A stretch of 40,572 bases of DNA from Sphaeroforma arctica JP610 (taxonomy: Eukaryota), in NCBI RefSeq assembly GCF_001186125.1, contig NW_014040519.1, forward strand, positions 159,075-199,646. The letters run 5' to 3'. A program made the position numbers and the translations under genes. The notes under the pieces are model-generated. The model saw only the letters and a program-made list of their open reading frames with translations, did not search any database and was not told the origin of the DNA. This document shows positions 1 to 12,169 of the stretch, piece after piece (within the stretch, counting starts at the first letter, position 1; each line of letters begins with the position of its first letter).

Positions 1-1008
1 GGACGATATATCTGATAGTGCAATGCTATTGGAAATAAAATACTTGAAAGAGGGCGTGTAAGCTAGAGCCGCGGCAATTGGAGCTGGTGGTCGTACGACC
101 GCTACAATTTCTAGTGATTGGCAATGCCAATATATAGTGGATCGAAGTGAACTAGAAATACACTTAGAACAAATAATCATACCAGCAATAACGCTGAATA
201 GGATGGTGAATTCGTTAATGTTGAGTGGGATGTTGTCAATACGACAGTTGACATACACTCAAAGGTCCATATTTTCCAGTTTTCTATCAACACCCTCAAC
301 TCGAAAATAGCCTACCGTCTCGCGCATACAAATACAGAACGGCGATCTGTGTGTTACGGAAATTTTGTGTCTTCATACATGTGAAGAACATTCAGTGGGT
401 CGGCCCTAATTTTAGCGTCGATTTGATAAGGGTAGATAGATATTACGTTATGTCAATGATTGGCGCTATCAATCTAGGCCGTTTGTTGAAAGAAGTAAGT
501 ATCATACCTTCACCTGCAACAGCGAACACCAGTCTAGTTAAAATGATGAAGAATTTTATTTATTTATATCTTATATCTACCGGCGAAAACCGATACTCGA
601 ATGTCCAAGTGGTCAGATATGGAAAGTAGAGTAAGCAGCAGGCGATGTTGTATGGGTACACATGCTGTTGGAATATCTTAAACAGTATCGTAAGTATGAT
701 GCTGTGAAGACTGTGCATCTTCTCCGTATATGTACAATAGAAGTGGAAAGACAGGTGAGGTAACTGCAGAGCGATGGTAGATGGAACAAATGGAATTTCA
801 GCTGAATCACACATGAGAATCCGAACAAAAGGTTTGAGCATTGATTATGTGTATAATACGTTAGACTTAGGTAAGCTGGAGAACGCAGCAGTTATACCTC
901 AAAATTTAATACCAAGAAAAACTAGAAAAATATTAGCGAATTGCAGGCTAACAACCTTTTATATAGTGCAGAAAATTAAAACGCTCTCACGCGTTATTGT
1001 CCCTGAAA

Positions 1009-3274
1009 AGGGATAATATTATTTATTTCAAAACGATAAGATACTATGTATGAACATATGGTATGGCTTTCATAGCCGTTGTAGTGGTTCGGGAAAGATC
1101 GATGGGAAGAAGTGGTCAGTATATTCCTGTTTGAAGCTTGGGCCAAGTGAGTTGACGATGGAGGATATGCGCTGAGTCAATTCGGGCCGGTGCTGACAAA
1201 ACACTGATACCACCGAATGGGCCATGTATTCGCTTGCTGACCTACTAAGTAGCGTACCCACCTCTGTGGTACGGATCGAGTCTGCGCCGTGTAGTGCCGT
1301 GGAATGGGTTGGTGCAGAGTACGAAATACCGAATAGGACCAGGTTATCCGTCATAATTCGGTCGAGGAGCGAGGATGGGGGTAAGCCAATGCCGCACCAG
1401 ACCATGGATGCATTCGGTATGTGCTGGCTGGCCTGGATTGGAAGTATCATAGGCGGAATCAACAAGCGCGATGATTTGGGTTGAACCGAAATTCGGAAGT
1501 AGTACTTCAAGAGCGTGATTAGCCGGGGTATGGGGAACATCTGTTGATGTGTCAGAGACGGGTGAGGGTACGGTGGTTCTTCTACATGCTGGAGAAAAGA
1601 TCCAAAGTGTTCGTGGAGGGGTAATTGCTGGAGGAGGTCAGGACCAATGGGCGGCAATTTCGGGCCTACCAGGATGTGTCGAATCAGTTGTTGGATGCAG
1701 GTAAAGTGGCTGGTGGTGAACTTGTGGCTACTGTAAGATTCGGTCTATCAAGGCGATATTAACGCCTTAGAGTAATTAAACGCGTGGATAAAGTCTAAGT
1801 ATCGTGAAATTCAATGTAAATAAACGAAATGAGTCTTTTAGTAAAGTTAGGTATGCCTCGTGAAAACAGCAATACTCTGAGGGAGTGTGAAGCTGAGACA
1901 TTGCCTATCTATAATCCTCTCAGTACTGTTTTCGCCGAAGATATTTTATTTAGTGTTTCGTTGTCGCTCTATTAAAAACTATGGTATGTTTCGTTGGGGC
2001 GAATCCGAGAGACTCATAAAATCCTATCTTTAGAAAAAGAGAAAAGAAAAAAAGAAAAAAAACTCTTGATGTCCATGGTTAGTGCATTATCCAATAACTT
2101 GCCACTTATCAAAATTACCGACTTAGCCTTCATCAGACTGGCACATCTGGTTGGCTGAACGGAGGATAAACTAGGTAACGTTAATAGTCCCTAGAAACCT
2201 ATATTCGGTTGAGCCATCTCGCTACCGAAGTATTCAGATATAAATAGATTTGGAAAGTAAACATAGTTCTATTAATAGAACTAGACCAAATCTTACGTTT
2301 GGTATTTTACTGGGGCCTTTTAATGGCCTTGTCCAAATTTCTGAAATGTAAAATGGAAAAGGTATTTATTAATAAAACCGTTAAAAACCATTTAGGAAAC
2401 TTAAGTTCCTCGTACTATTAAGAGTACGTTTATGGTTTACGTACTGCTTAAGAGTACGTTTATAACATAGAGTCTAATGTGGAGGCCCGGCTATTACACT
2501 ACCTGGGCAGGCAGGGCAGATACAGCCGTCGGTGCGGTAGTCGAGCAATGAGAACATGTACGTATTCGTTGCAATCATAGCACAGAGCCGGATTGGTGTA
2601 AGCTCGAGGCAGCGGTTGAAGCTGTCGTGTCTGGCTTTGTCTCGGTTTGAGGTTGGCGGTTTACCCATAACTAGTTGGTAGTAGTAGTATTGGCGCCGGG
2701 CCATTGCCGCGATCTCCTTGTTGGACCAGCGTTTTGTTGAGTTTTTCCTGATGTCGCCACAGCGTTGGCGGAGGGCTACATGGACGGGTGTACGCCCGCC
2801 CGTGGTTTTGTGTACAGTTTTCTGGTGAGCATAAATACTGTACGGGAAGAGCAGTAATGGTTTGTCGTGGGCCCAGGCGGGTTGCGTCAGAGGGGTGAGT
2901 AGATATGTGCTGGCCATCGAGTCGAGTTATATTCCCAGGCAACCTCCGAGGTAGTTCGCGAATGGTCACGCGGGGAGCAGGCCACAAAAGTGGAGTAAGT
3001 TTGTTTGATGTTTGGGAAACCGAGGGTATTTAGTGCCCGTGATGATGGCTGCTGCCTGGATGAGTGCTGAGTTAAAGCGTTCGAACAGGGGGTCCAACGC
3101 ATCCTTCCATATAGGCGGAGCCCAGGCAATAATGTTCAGGCCATATGTAGCCGTGGATAGGATGAATGTTTTGAAGAGCACCAGTCGGTTGCGGGGGTTT
3201 TTTGGTGGAGGGTGAGAGCCACATCTCAATAAATATGCGCAGTTCTTCCATGCTCGTTTGTTTCTGATATTCAC
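1009..3274 (-). mobile_element. 5'-truncated non-LTR retrotransposon (LINE) ORF2 remnant: RT thumb region, CCHC knuckle, C-terminal extension and short 3' UTR; split by a ~735 bp insert
   Basis: ORF 2966-3274 has LVLFKTFILSTATYGLNIIAW (post-RT 'LYKxxIxxxxxYGxxxW' pattern). ORF 2474-2917 ends CPACPGSVIAGPPH*TL (CxxC..H). Frame resumes at ~1730 as SHKFTT... into ORF 1070-1657, followed by AATAAA and an AT tail. A second copy of the 3' end lies at 11941-12169. Confidence 0.65.
1732..2467. repeat. AT-rich LTR-like insertion (TGTAAGA...TATAACA) interrupting the LINE
   Basis: Abrupt GC-to-AT transition, TG...CA termini, no ORF; no clear TSD. Confidence 0.4.
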
Positions 3275-3568
3275 AATCTACGCAGCTATTGCTATGTACT
3301 CCCTGGGCATTCACAGTGTTTACAATGATTTCTACCTCGACATTCTACTGACTGACAGTGTACACACGTTCACAGTGTTCTCACTTTTTTAATAGGTACC
3401 GATCCTATACTTTTTATTTTTGATGTTCACAATCTACACCTCTGTTGTTATGTACTCCCTGGGCGTTCGCAGTGTTTGTAATTATTTCTTCCTCGATATT
3501 CTACTGACTGACAGTGTACACAAGTTCGCAGTGTTCTCACTTTTTTATTAGGTTCTGATCCTGTACTT
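3265..3568. repeat. Diverged tandem duplication, 156-bp period, 2 copies
   Basis: tgatattcacaatctac... at 3265 recurs as tgatgttcacaatctac... at 3421; both share ttctactgactgacagtgtacac. Confidence 0.9.
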
Positions 3569-4013
3569 GTACACCATGGTTTATGTTTAGATTGCTGTAG
3601 TACTAGTGTTTGGTTGTGGTAGTATAGCTCTTGGAGTTTAAGAGTGATGATTTGTATCGGTGTCTTGCAGCAGGACAAGATATTCTGTGTCTAGCGTGGG
3701 CCGTTTAAAAACCTTCTTTACTGGCTCAGCCGGTACTGTTTTTTGTTTTGTCGTAGACCAGCCTTGAGCACTTGTACCAGGAGTATGAAGCGTTTTTGCG
3801 ACAGAGAAGATTCAGTTCCTAATTATTCGTGCACGTGTATATTATGGGTGTTGGCACAGGTATGTCAGTATTATAAAGTATTGGTACATCATCACTAGTA
3901 GGCCTCTGCACATCTCCACTACACGGCGGCTGCGAACTATATAACTTCGTACAGATAGCATCCCTGTCGATTTTGGTCTAGGTCAACTAAGGACCCTTCT
4001 AACATTTAGAAAA

Positions 4014-5632
4014 CTAGAGCTCAGGATTTTGTATATCTGTTCTAGACCCTGCCATATATATATACTTGTCTAGATGGAAATGTGAGATCAAAGACAATAT
4101 CGTGTAATCTATTCTGAGAGACGATCCTTTGGACCTAATGTAGATGTGACCCAGACCAGGGAGATGACCGCGTTTGTTGACATAGGTAATTGAATTGTCC
4201 GCCAAAATCAGAGGAAATTTAATGTGCTCTATACGTGTGAGCAAATTTCGTGCAGTATTATGCAGATAGTTTACTGTCGCACCCCCATCAATCAGCAGAA
4301 TATCGTCAATTTTAGCAGAGCATGACGTATGGATGGGTATTGTGATACGAGCAATTGACGCAGTGTACTTGGGATCCAGATACATTACGCTTGGTGCATA
4401 CTTTGGAAATATGACCCTTGATGGAACAGTAAGAACGAGTCAAAGGGCCAGCGTCACAATTTGCGTTGCGATGACTATGATTTCCGCATCGTGCACAACC
4501 AGAAACACAGTCACTAGCAAAGCAATCTGCCTTCCAGCAAACAAAACAAGGGGGTGGGTCACCAGTTTGGTCAGGTCGATTGTTGCGACGTTCACGTCGT
4601 TCACGGCCCACAATGATGTGTTCAATATTGTCAAGGCTTTCATCAGGTCTCGGGTAGATAAATTCGGAGGGGTAGTTATAGGGGGCTTGGCGCTAACAAA
4701 AAAAACACTATTTCAGTGGGTTGATGTTCTGGGTTGGTGTACTCCCATGTTTCAATGTGCTCATTTTTGTGATTAGGGAAAATAGTATTACGATCATTTG
4801 TCAGTAGAAATTGACGAGCCTGATCGTGGAAAGTCATAGATGCATCTTTGAAAAAAATATTTGGAAGAAAATTTCCTTGACGACCAGCATCACGTTTCAA
4901 TTTGTCGCAACGGTGTGTCCATACTCTCATAGATTCGACGATAGAACGTCTAAATTGTTCAAGATAAGAGAGGCTAATTAGCCGAATGAGCGCAGCTGAC
5001 CGGTGAAAGAACATGGCTCGAAGAATCTGGAATAAAGTTCAAGGATCAGTTATAAGTTCATCAGTCTCGAGAGATTGGTAATTCAACGGTCATAGAATTG
5101 AATACTACCTGAAGAGCCGCGTGATATGTGCCATTTTCGAACCTAGCGGTTTGGAAGTTTGTGGTCCAGAAGTGGGGTTGTTGAGGGATGTAGACAACAG
5201 GAGTTTGTCCAAGGGGAACAATGGTTTAACCTTCTTGGGTAAACTGGAGGACAGGCAGGGCCTTTTTTGTGCCGAATGAGGTAGCAACTAAGATATCATT
5301 GAGCCACAGGTCGTGGTGAAGGCTATCTAAGTCTAGCTGTGTCCAGCGTTTCAGTGATTAAATGGTATTTATACTACCTTCGTCCATGATGATAGTAGGA
5401 GAAATTTAAGCTTAAAAATTATAGCCTATAACCTAATAAGCACTAAAACCCATTTATTAGACGAACTAAACTTTATTATATTTATGTTGTACATATATGT
5501 ATAAGTTATTTGTTTGTTTGTGAAGAGGTTGTTTTTGTATAAAAGATATTTGGTTTTTGTGGAAAAACCTTATCTGAATGAAAAATTATGTTTGAGATTC
5601 TAAACCCAGTTTGAATTTCCAAAACTCTTACT
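4014..5632 (-). mobile_element. Decayed Ty1/copia element A: LTR (~5434-5632), PBS, gag with three zinc knuckles, aspartic protease
   Basis: PBS-like GGTTATAGGC (5424-5433). Gag starts MDEGSINTI. Knuckles CFVCWKADCFASDC / CARCGNHSHRNANC / xSYCSIKGHISKVC (ORF 4312-4611). Protease LIDGGATVNY (ORF 4014-4385). Confidence 0.8.
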
Positions 5633-8373
5633 TTCTCTCTATTCATGTATGTCGGACTTTGAAATCACACAAAAGTTCAAAACAGAGTATATAAAAACAG
5701 ACTGTCACAATAGGCCTATATAAAAGGATATTTTTAGCACAAGCCGGGACAAGAGGGTATTTTATGTAAATTAAATACGAATTGCACGCTAGTAGTAAAC
5801 ATGCACATTAGACAAAGTAGAGGGTCAATATCGCTTGAATCAACGTATAATAAACTCAGCCATAGCACCGGTTTTTACTAGTAATCTGTTATAACTTATA
5901 GGGAGTTAAATAGACCTGTTTTCTCAAGATGGGAGTACTTGGGTTACTGACGTTCTTAGAAGTTGACGATCAGTCGATCGGCAAACACACAATGACTGTA
6001 ACACACGTCTCTGTATTCATACCACATACTGAGAATAAGTACTTCTTTGTAGTTGTATCGTGGTAGTCTGGAACCCGGTCCAGTAGCGAATACTCTCGAC
6101 GCTATTTCCAATGTGAGAAAAACTTAAGTTTAAACACCATATTTTTATGAGTGTTGATACTCATACCAACGAGCTTGTACCTTAAATGTCCTATTTCATT
6201 CTCTTTGTACTTGATCGCGCGGTTTAGACCATCTGCTTGATTTTCCAATCGATTCTTTTTTAAGTGCTATTTCGAAAGGCCTCTATAGTAGTCTTCAATT
6301 GCGTTGCTAGATTACCTACCGCATTTTCAAGAGCCAGTCTTACTTCCTTTAACTTTAATTCTAATACATATCGTGCCAGACTTGGCATGTATTACAGTCC
6401 AACAGTGTTCGTTGAGCTACACGCTGTACGTTCGCTTCTGCGTCTTATAGGCTTGTCAGATCCCAACAAATCATATATGAGTGAACGTTCTGGCATATAT
6501 TCTGAGCTTGGTCCCCTTTGGTTTGCCGCTCCGTCGAGTTTACTGCCATGAACTGGTTATACGTGATAATGTTCGCATCTTTTGTTAGTTTGCATACCTT
6601 ATTCTTCTTAACTATATACTTCGCCGGTACACATGCTTACGACAGACCCTGTAGTCTTTACCGATGTATTCATCGATAGGGCTACTCTCTTTGTTCTGCC
6701 TAGCTTCCGGATTCTCTCTTGAGCTTTCCTTCAACACAGACTCGACAGTGTAGTTCAAATTCGGTATGGGCCCTTGCAAATTCAATAGCAGCTTTGAAAT
6801 CTGGACCTGGCAAGACAGTGTGGCGAATGGGACCGACTAGGACAGCTATAGTGTATTCCCAGATGATTTTCCAACCGCTGTGATACCATGACGTAGAAAT
6901 GTGTTTGCTGTGGTGTGTGTCATGTAGAAATATTTTTGTATTTGGCGTATAAAAAAGGCAACTATAGTGCATGAGGTCGAACAGGCACACCTATTGCAAT
7001 TTTGTATCGGTAGAAGTATTCAGTTTGAGTAAATCTGAAATATCTGACCATCGCGAGTTTCTATAAACATTTTTTTAATATTATGTTAGCCTTCCGGAAG
7101 TCGTTGACGATCCCTCCTTCGGAGCCGGCGAATTGAGAGATTTGTCCAGTTTTGTGTGATGCACAGAGATCGGTGGTAGAAGTGTATTCGAGAATTGACA
7201 TAGCTCGCGATGTAACATCCAGTCCTCACAATGAACGCGGGGTGATGGTCGGTTAGTCAAAGTAATATTGTCCTTGAGTGCCGTTTTGAGTGTGTTGGCC
7301 CGACTACGATAACCATTGTTGCGATGGTACTCATTATATGTCAACGTGATTTTTGGAGTAGAGGTGTTTGTATTGGCGGAAGACTGAAATTGAGTAGTTT
7401 GTGCAAAGACCGGGACTAAACTTGTGTTGCTATGCAAGGGATTCCGATGTGTCTGATTGACTAGCGACACAATCAGAAAGAGACAGGTTCAGGGGCAGCG
7501 AGAGAAGGGTTAATTTGTTCCCAAGCTTCGATCCATTCAAATATCAGTGGTGGTAACTTCGTCATGGTTGTTGCTGAGGAGGAACTGTTTGGCTTGTTTT
7601 TGATATTGTTGACCAAGGCCGAAGATAAATGCATCTTAGGTACAAGCATTTGTCAGAAGGTTTTTCTGACGAGCGGCGTCAGGTTTGAGATGATTGAGCG
7701 CGTTTGAACAGTTCAAGGTAGTCAAGAGTGATCGGTTTGGCGATAGGAGAAGATTGGTGGGAAAGCATGGTGCGAAGAAGTTGAAACAGTGGCCATGGGG
7801 CAAACATGAGATATTCAGCTTCAAGGCAGTGGCGAATTTTAGTGGTCATAGAGTTGAAGAAGACGTGACAGGCAGCATGTTACGATCCGCCTTCTTTAGT
7901 GGTAGTTCTAAAATTCGTTGTTCGTAAGTGGGGGGCAGGAGATAGATAGACGCTAGGTGTCTGACCAAAAGAAATGACTGGTTGGCCATCCTGGATGAAC
8001 TATAGAGCAGCTGTAGGGCGTCCTTTTTGCCTGCGGAGGCGGCAACGAAGACATATGAGAGCCACACATCAGGATTGCGGCCATCTGTATTGAGTTGAGT
8101 CTATTTGTGGGGAGAAATTACAGTAACTGTATTATTGCCATCCATATTGAGAGAGTTTAATAGAGGTAAATACAGCCCATAAACTAATAGACTAAGAAAG
8201 CCTTTTTGGAAAGACTGTTTATTATATTTGTCACACAAATATATATACTATTTGAGATGTATACATCTGGCTGTCAGGTTGTCAAGTAGAATAAGTTTTT
8301 GTAACACTTGTTTAACAGTAAATAAACTCTGCTTATGATTCTAAACGTAGTTGGACTTCGAGTCCTAAAAACA
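5633..8373 (-). mobile_element. Decayed, internally deleted Ty1/copia element B: LTR (8185-8373), PBS, gag, MTase C-terminal part plus integrase CxxC, unknown 3' region
   Basis: PBS-like GTTTATGGGC (8175-8184). Gag homologous to A (LKPDAARQKNLL..QAKQFLL vs LKRDAGRQGNFL..QARQFLL). HCRVCVEGK integrase half zinc finger in ORF 6700-6990. LTR shares gattctaaac..agtt.ga with LTR A. Confidence 0.75.
6735..7075 (-). pseudogene. Remnant of Dam-like adenine MTase domain directly before the copia integrase CxxC (element B)
   Basis: KNVYRNSRW (AAC TCG CGA TGG at 7048-7059, two substitutions from NPPW), then IGVPVRPHAL*, then IWEYTIAVLVGPIRH..DFKAAIE..HT..CRVCVEGK; aligns with copia D. Confidence 0.7.
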
Positions 8374-9589
8374 ATGAGAAAAGCATATTTTTCTTTTAGA
8401 ACGAACAGAAAAACTGGAATCCATCGTTGTTTCAAGAATTTTGGTGTTTTATTTAAAACCGATCAGACGACGACTCGATGAATGTAAAATTGTAAATATA
8501 ATTTTTGATTCATGAATTATAACTAAAATCCTAACCCCTTAAACTCGGCTTTCTTCTTTAAACTACAAACCTCTTAACATTTGGTGTTTTACCTCATAGT
8601 TTATTTTCTAACCCATCATGACACAAACCTAGAACCTACATTTTATAATTATTTACCAACAGAATTTAGAATAAACTTTAGTCTTTGAGATAATTCCTTT
8701 GAAGGCCTTTTAACTACTATCGAACTGTTTTTGAGATAAAATAATCAACATGCTTTCAAGCACTCAACTTACTCCCAAGAGCACTGTGGTGCCTTGGACT
8801 GTGCTAGCCTACGATAGATCTAACATTGACTTATGGAGCAGAACATGGAACTAACAATGTCCTCTCATTACATCGACGACTTAACTTCTATTCTGCACTA
8901 TGATCAGGAACTTCCTAATGATAAAGCCTGTGCCGACATGTTTAACACTCGTAATGAAGAACAAGACAATTCCCAGAACTACATGGTTGAAAACGAAACA
9001 TTTATTACGTCAGTGCGCAATATTTGCAAATACCAGAAAGCGAAGACACTTATAATTTCATCTGTGGATCCCTCTCCGACTTCAGTTGCCACGACGATCA
9101 AAAATGAACACCCCTGGAGTAAATTTTATTTCCTTAAGTCGAAATATAAGCACCAGTCTAAGCTTATCTATAAGGTTTACGCCGCTGACCTTGCCGCTAT
9201 GTGTCGTGTACCTACTGAAGATCTCCGTGAATGGTTCTTCCGCTGTGAAACTTCTATTGCTACCGCATCCACTCAAAGTACAATCTTGAATTCTCGTGTT
9301 CAACAAAGCCTTTTTTTTGGCGAACTTGGTCAAGCTGACCCAGACCTATCAACTTCGAAATGTCTATATATGCAACTTCGTGACCTCACTCTGATTGAAA
9401 TTGATTATCTATGTACATACCTAAAAACATAACATCGATATACACAGTCTACTTCTGTAAACAGTAGTGAATATTACTCAATTTGAAGCTATGTTGAATA
9501 TACTACGACACAATTTAAGCCAGTTATGATTTAGCAGTGGTAGCTTGTGTAAGACTGATCGGGACTACCAGGATGTACCTCTAGCTGTT

Positions 9590-11560
9590 TCAAAATCTTT
9601 TCTCGAATTTATTTTAATGAAAAATTGAAAGTACATTTACAGACTTTTTATGTACATTTAGTGACCTTCCGGTGCTGTATTTTTTTTTGATGACACCGGG
9701 GTTCGACACCAGTTCGGAACCTTTTCATAATACATGGGTTCAACACCAGTTCGGTATTTTACATGGCCGCGTGTTTTACAGTGAATTTGATTTTTCAAAA
9801 CCAGTCTCTGAAGAATTTTCCACGACAAACAATTACTTTCATACTAAAATCTTTCTGCGCACCATTATACTGCTGAGAGCTTGTTGTTGGATCACATAAA
9901 ACAGTTCCAGCTAATAGACTCGGTAAGAGTTATTCTTATGAAGGGTCCCAGACACTACATTCGTAGTGTATAAAACTATATGTTCCTACGTAGGAACCGA
10001 TATTCCTATGTACGACGGAATCTACTTAGCACTTGGTGACATGAAGCGAGTTTATAAGTATCTACCAAGATGGGGTACGTTTGATGCTGCACATATGAAT
10101 ACTGTTTCCGGTGGCGTACTTCAGTTTCTCACCACATACAATGCTAATGGTCATCTGGAGTTGTTAGCTATTTCGACAGCGAGCAAATAGAATGGGCCCT
10201 AATGGAACAGATTCAAAGAGCTCTCTGATAGTTGTTTTCCAAATATGTCTTCGTACCTCGTAGATAAAGAAAAAAGTAAGTATTTTCGTTTTGAATTCAT
10301 AGCTACGATATCATGTTTCAAGTGGGACAAATATTTATCTGATTTTTTTTATTGCAAAGCAAGTCTTTATTAATTAAGTATATTCGTGTTTTAATAGGCA
10401 TTCATCAGAGCATCGCAAATTCAGTGCATCAAGTTCAAGCTAGAACTTGTATCCTTCATATCATCAAAAACGTGATGAACAAAGGGCTACTTGGTAGAAA
10501 CGATAAACCAACTCATCAATTGGTAATTGCTATGACTAAAGCAGCTACCGAACAGGGATACATTTACCACTCTCAGGTAAGCTTTCATTTGTATACAGGC
10601 AAGACTCGGAATGGGCTTTTTCTTGCACTTCATGCACAAATTGCGGGTTGGTTTACTATTTGCTTACTTGTGAATCTAAGAGTATACGGGACAACCACGA
10701 GCTTGGAGACAAGATTATGGATTACTTGGAGAGGCGAAAGGAAGAATTAACCAATTATCTATTCGTGGAGGCTCGTCGACAACACAATGCAGTCTACTAT
10801 ACAAGTATCGTAGGGCAGAAAGCTTACGACTTAAGGGACCACCACAGGTGTCCGAAAGGATCTCTGTATTGATCCCATGGAATCATAGCAACGCACATTG
10901 GAACTTGGGCGATTGTTATATTGTACACAACTAACGCTACAGTTACTATTTCAGATGGTATGCCAAATCCTGTTAGAGCTGACGAACAATTCAATTATAT
11001 AGTACGATGGATGAAATGTTACCTCACAGATAATGTTACATACAGCCTAAAAGTAGGCGGTATAACCCAACACGACAGTTTTAGCTGTGGGGGTTTGCTT
11101 TGTGCCTATACTAGAGCAGTATCAGAAAATCCACAACTCGTGCATAATTTGGAGGTATTGTCTTCGCACGAATATGTCACAAGCGTCCAACATGACAACA
11201 GAATTAGAAAATGGATTTCCAAAACACTATTCCCGTATATTCCTGTAAAAGAGCACCACGTGAGTTGCGAACCAGGCAGTGATATAAGCTTGAATGAAGC
11301 AGCATATATCAACACCAATCAATAAAGACAACATACCCCCCCCCTTCAACACATTTATTCGTAAAAAATGGATATAGCCGAAGGCTCTTTGATTTAAATT
11401 TAAGCAAGTTTTGCGCGATAAAGTCACTAAACGTACATAAAAAAATTGGAATTGTCGCTAAGTACAGATTCAATCAATATTTCAGTACGTTTTCATCGAG
11501 AAAAAGGGTGAATGTACATTTAGTGACTTCTCTACATTTAGCGATTTTGTTCATGATTCA
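9590..11560 (+). mobile_element. Mutator-like (MULE) DNA transposon remnant: spliced DDE transposase plus Ulp1/C48 protease domain
   Basis: FDAAHMNTVSGGVLQFLTTYNANGHLELLA..W..F..LVDKEK, intron 10276-10397, then SIHQSI..RTCILHIIKN (MULE D..D and CxxH). VLIPWNHSNAHWNL and QHDSFSCG (Ulp1 His and Cys motifs). Inverted motif tgtacatttagtgac (~9651) / gtcactaaacgtaca (~11423). Confidence 0.8.
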
Positions 11561-11940
11561 TACCAATTACTCGGAATATTGGAACCATCAAAGTGAATTC
11601 AGAACACTTTGGGAATATTGGAAAAAGAACTTGTATTAAATTTAATACAAATAAAAATCAATGTGATATCTCATTTGATCTTGATATTTTAGACTGACCA
11701 GAGGCCGCATTTCGACTCTTCTCACATGCCTGCTGCCACCGCGATTACAACGTCCGCACCTCCCAAACCCATTCCTGATTTGGTACGAACAGCTAACGAT
11801 CTCAAACCTCAACGCAACAACAACACTCGTACACCACGTACGCATAAATTTTCTCTTTGCTGGGACACAACACACATATCTTCTCTCTGCCCTTAAGGGT
11901 GTGGCCGCTGTGGTCATAAGGGACACAATGCTCCACGAAT

Positions 11941-12169
11941 GCCACGAATATGTAGCACACTCGATGATGACAGTGTTTTGTCAGCACCGGCCTGAATCGA
12001 CCCAGCGCATATCCTCCATCGTCGACTCACTTGGCCCAAGCTTCAAACGGGAATTCACTGGCCACTTCTTCTCACCGATCTTCCCCAAATTAATACAGCG
12101 GCTATGAGAGCCATACCATATGTACATACATTGTAACTTTTCTCTTTTGAGATAAATAATATTATCCCT
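11941..12169 (+). mobile_element. Short 5'-truncated copy of the LINE 3' end inserted in copia C gag
   Basis: Reverse-complement match to 1009-1232 (EYVAHSMMTVFCQHRPESTQRISSIVDSLGPSFKREF vs EYMAHSVVSVFCQHRPELTQRISSIVNSLGPSFKQEY), including the 3' UTR ending aataatattatccct. Confidence 0.85.

Noticed and set aside
8833..9432. Novel standalone 199-aa gene
   Set aside because: Aligns by eye with the gag remnants of copia A and B; it is the gag of copia C
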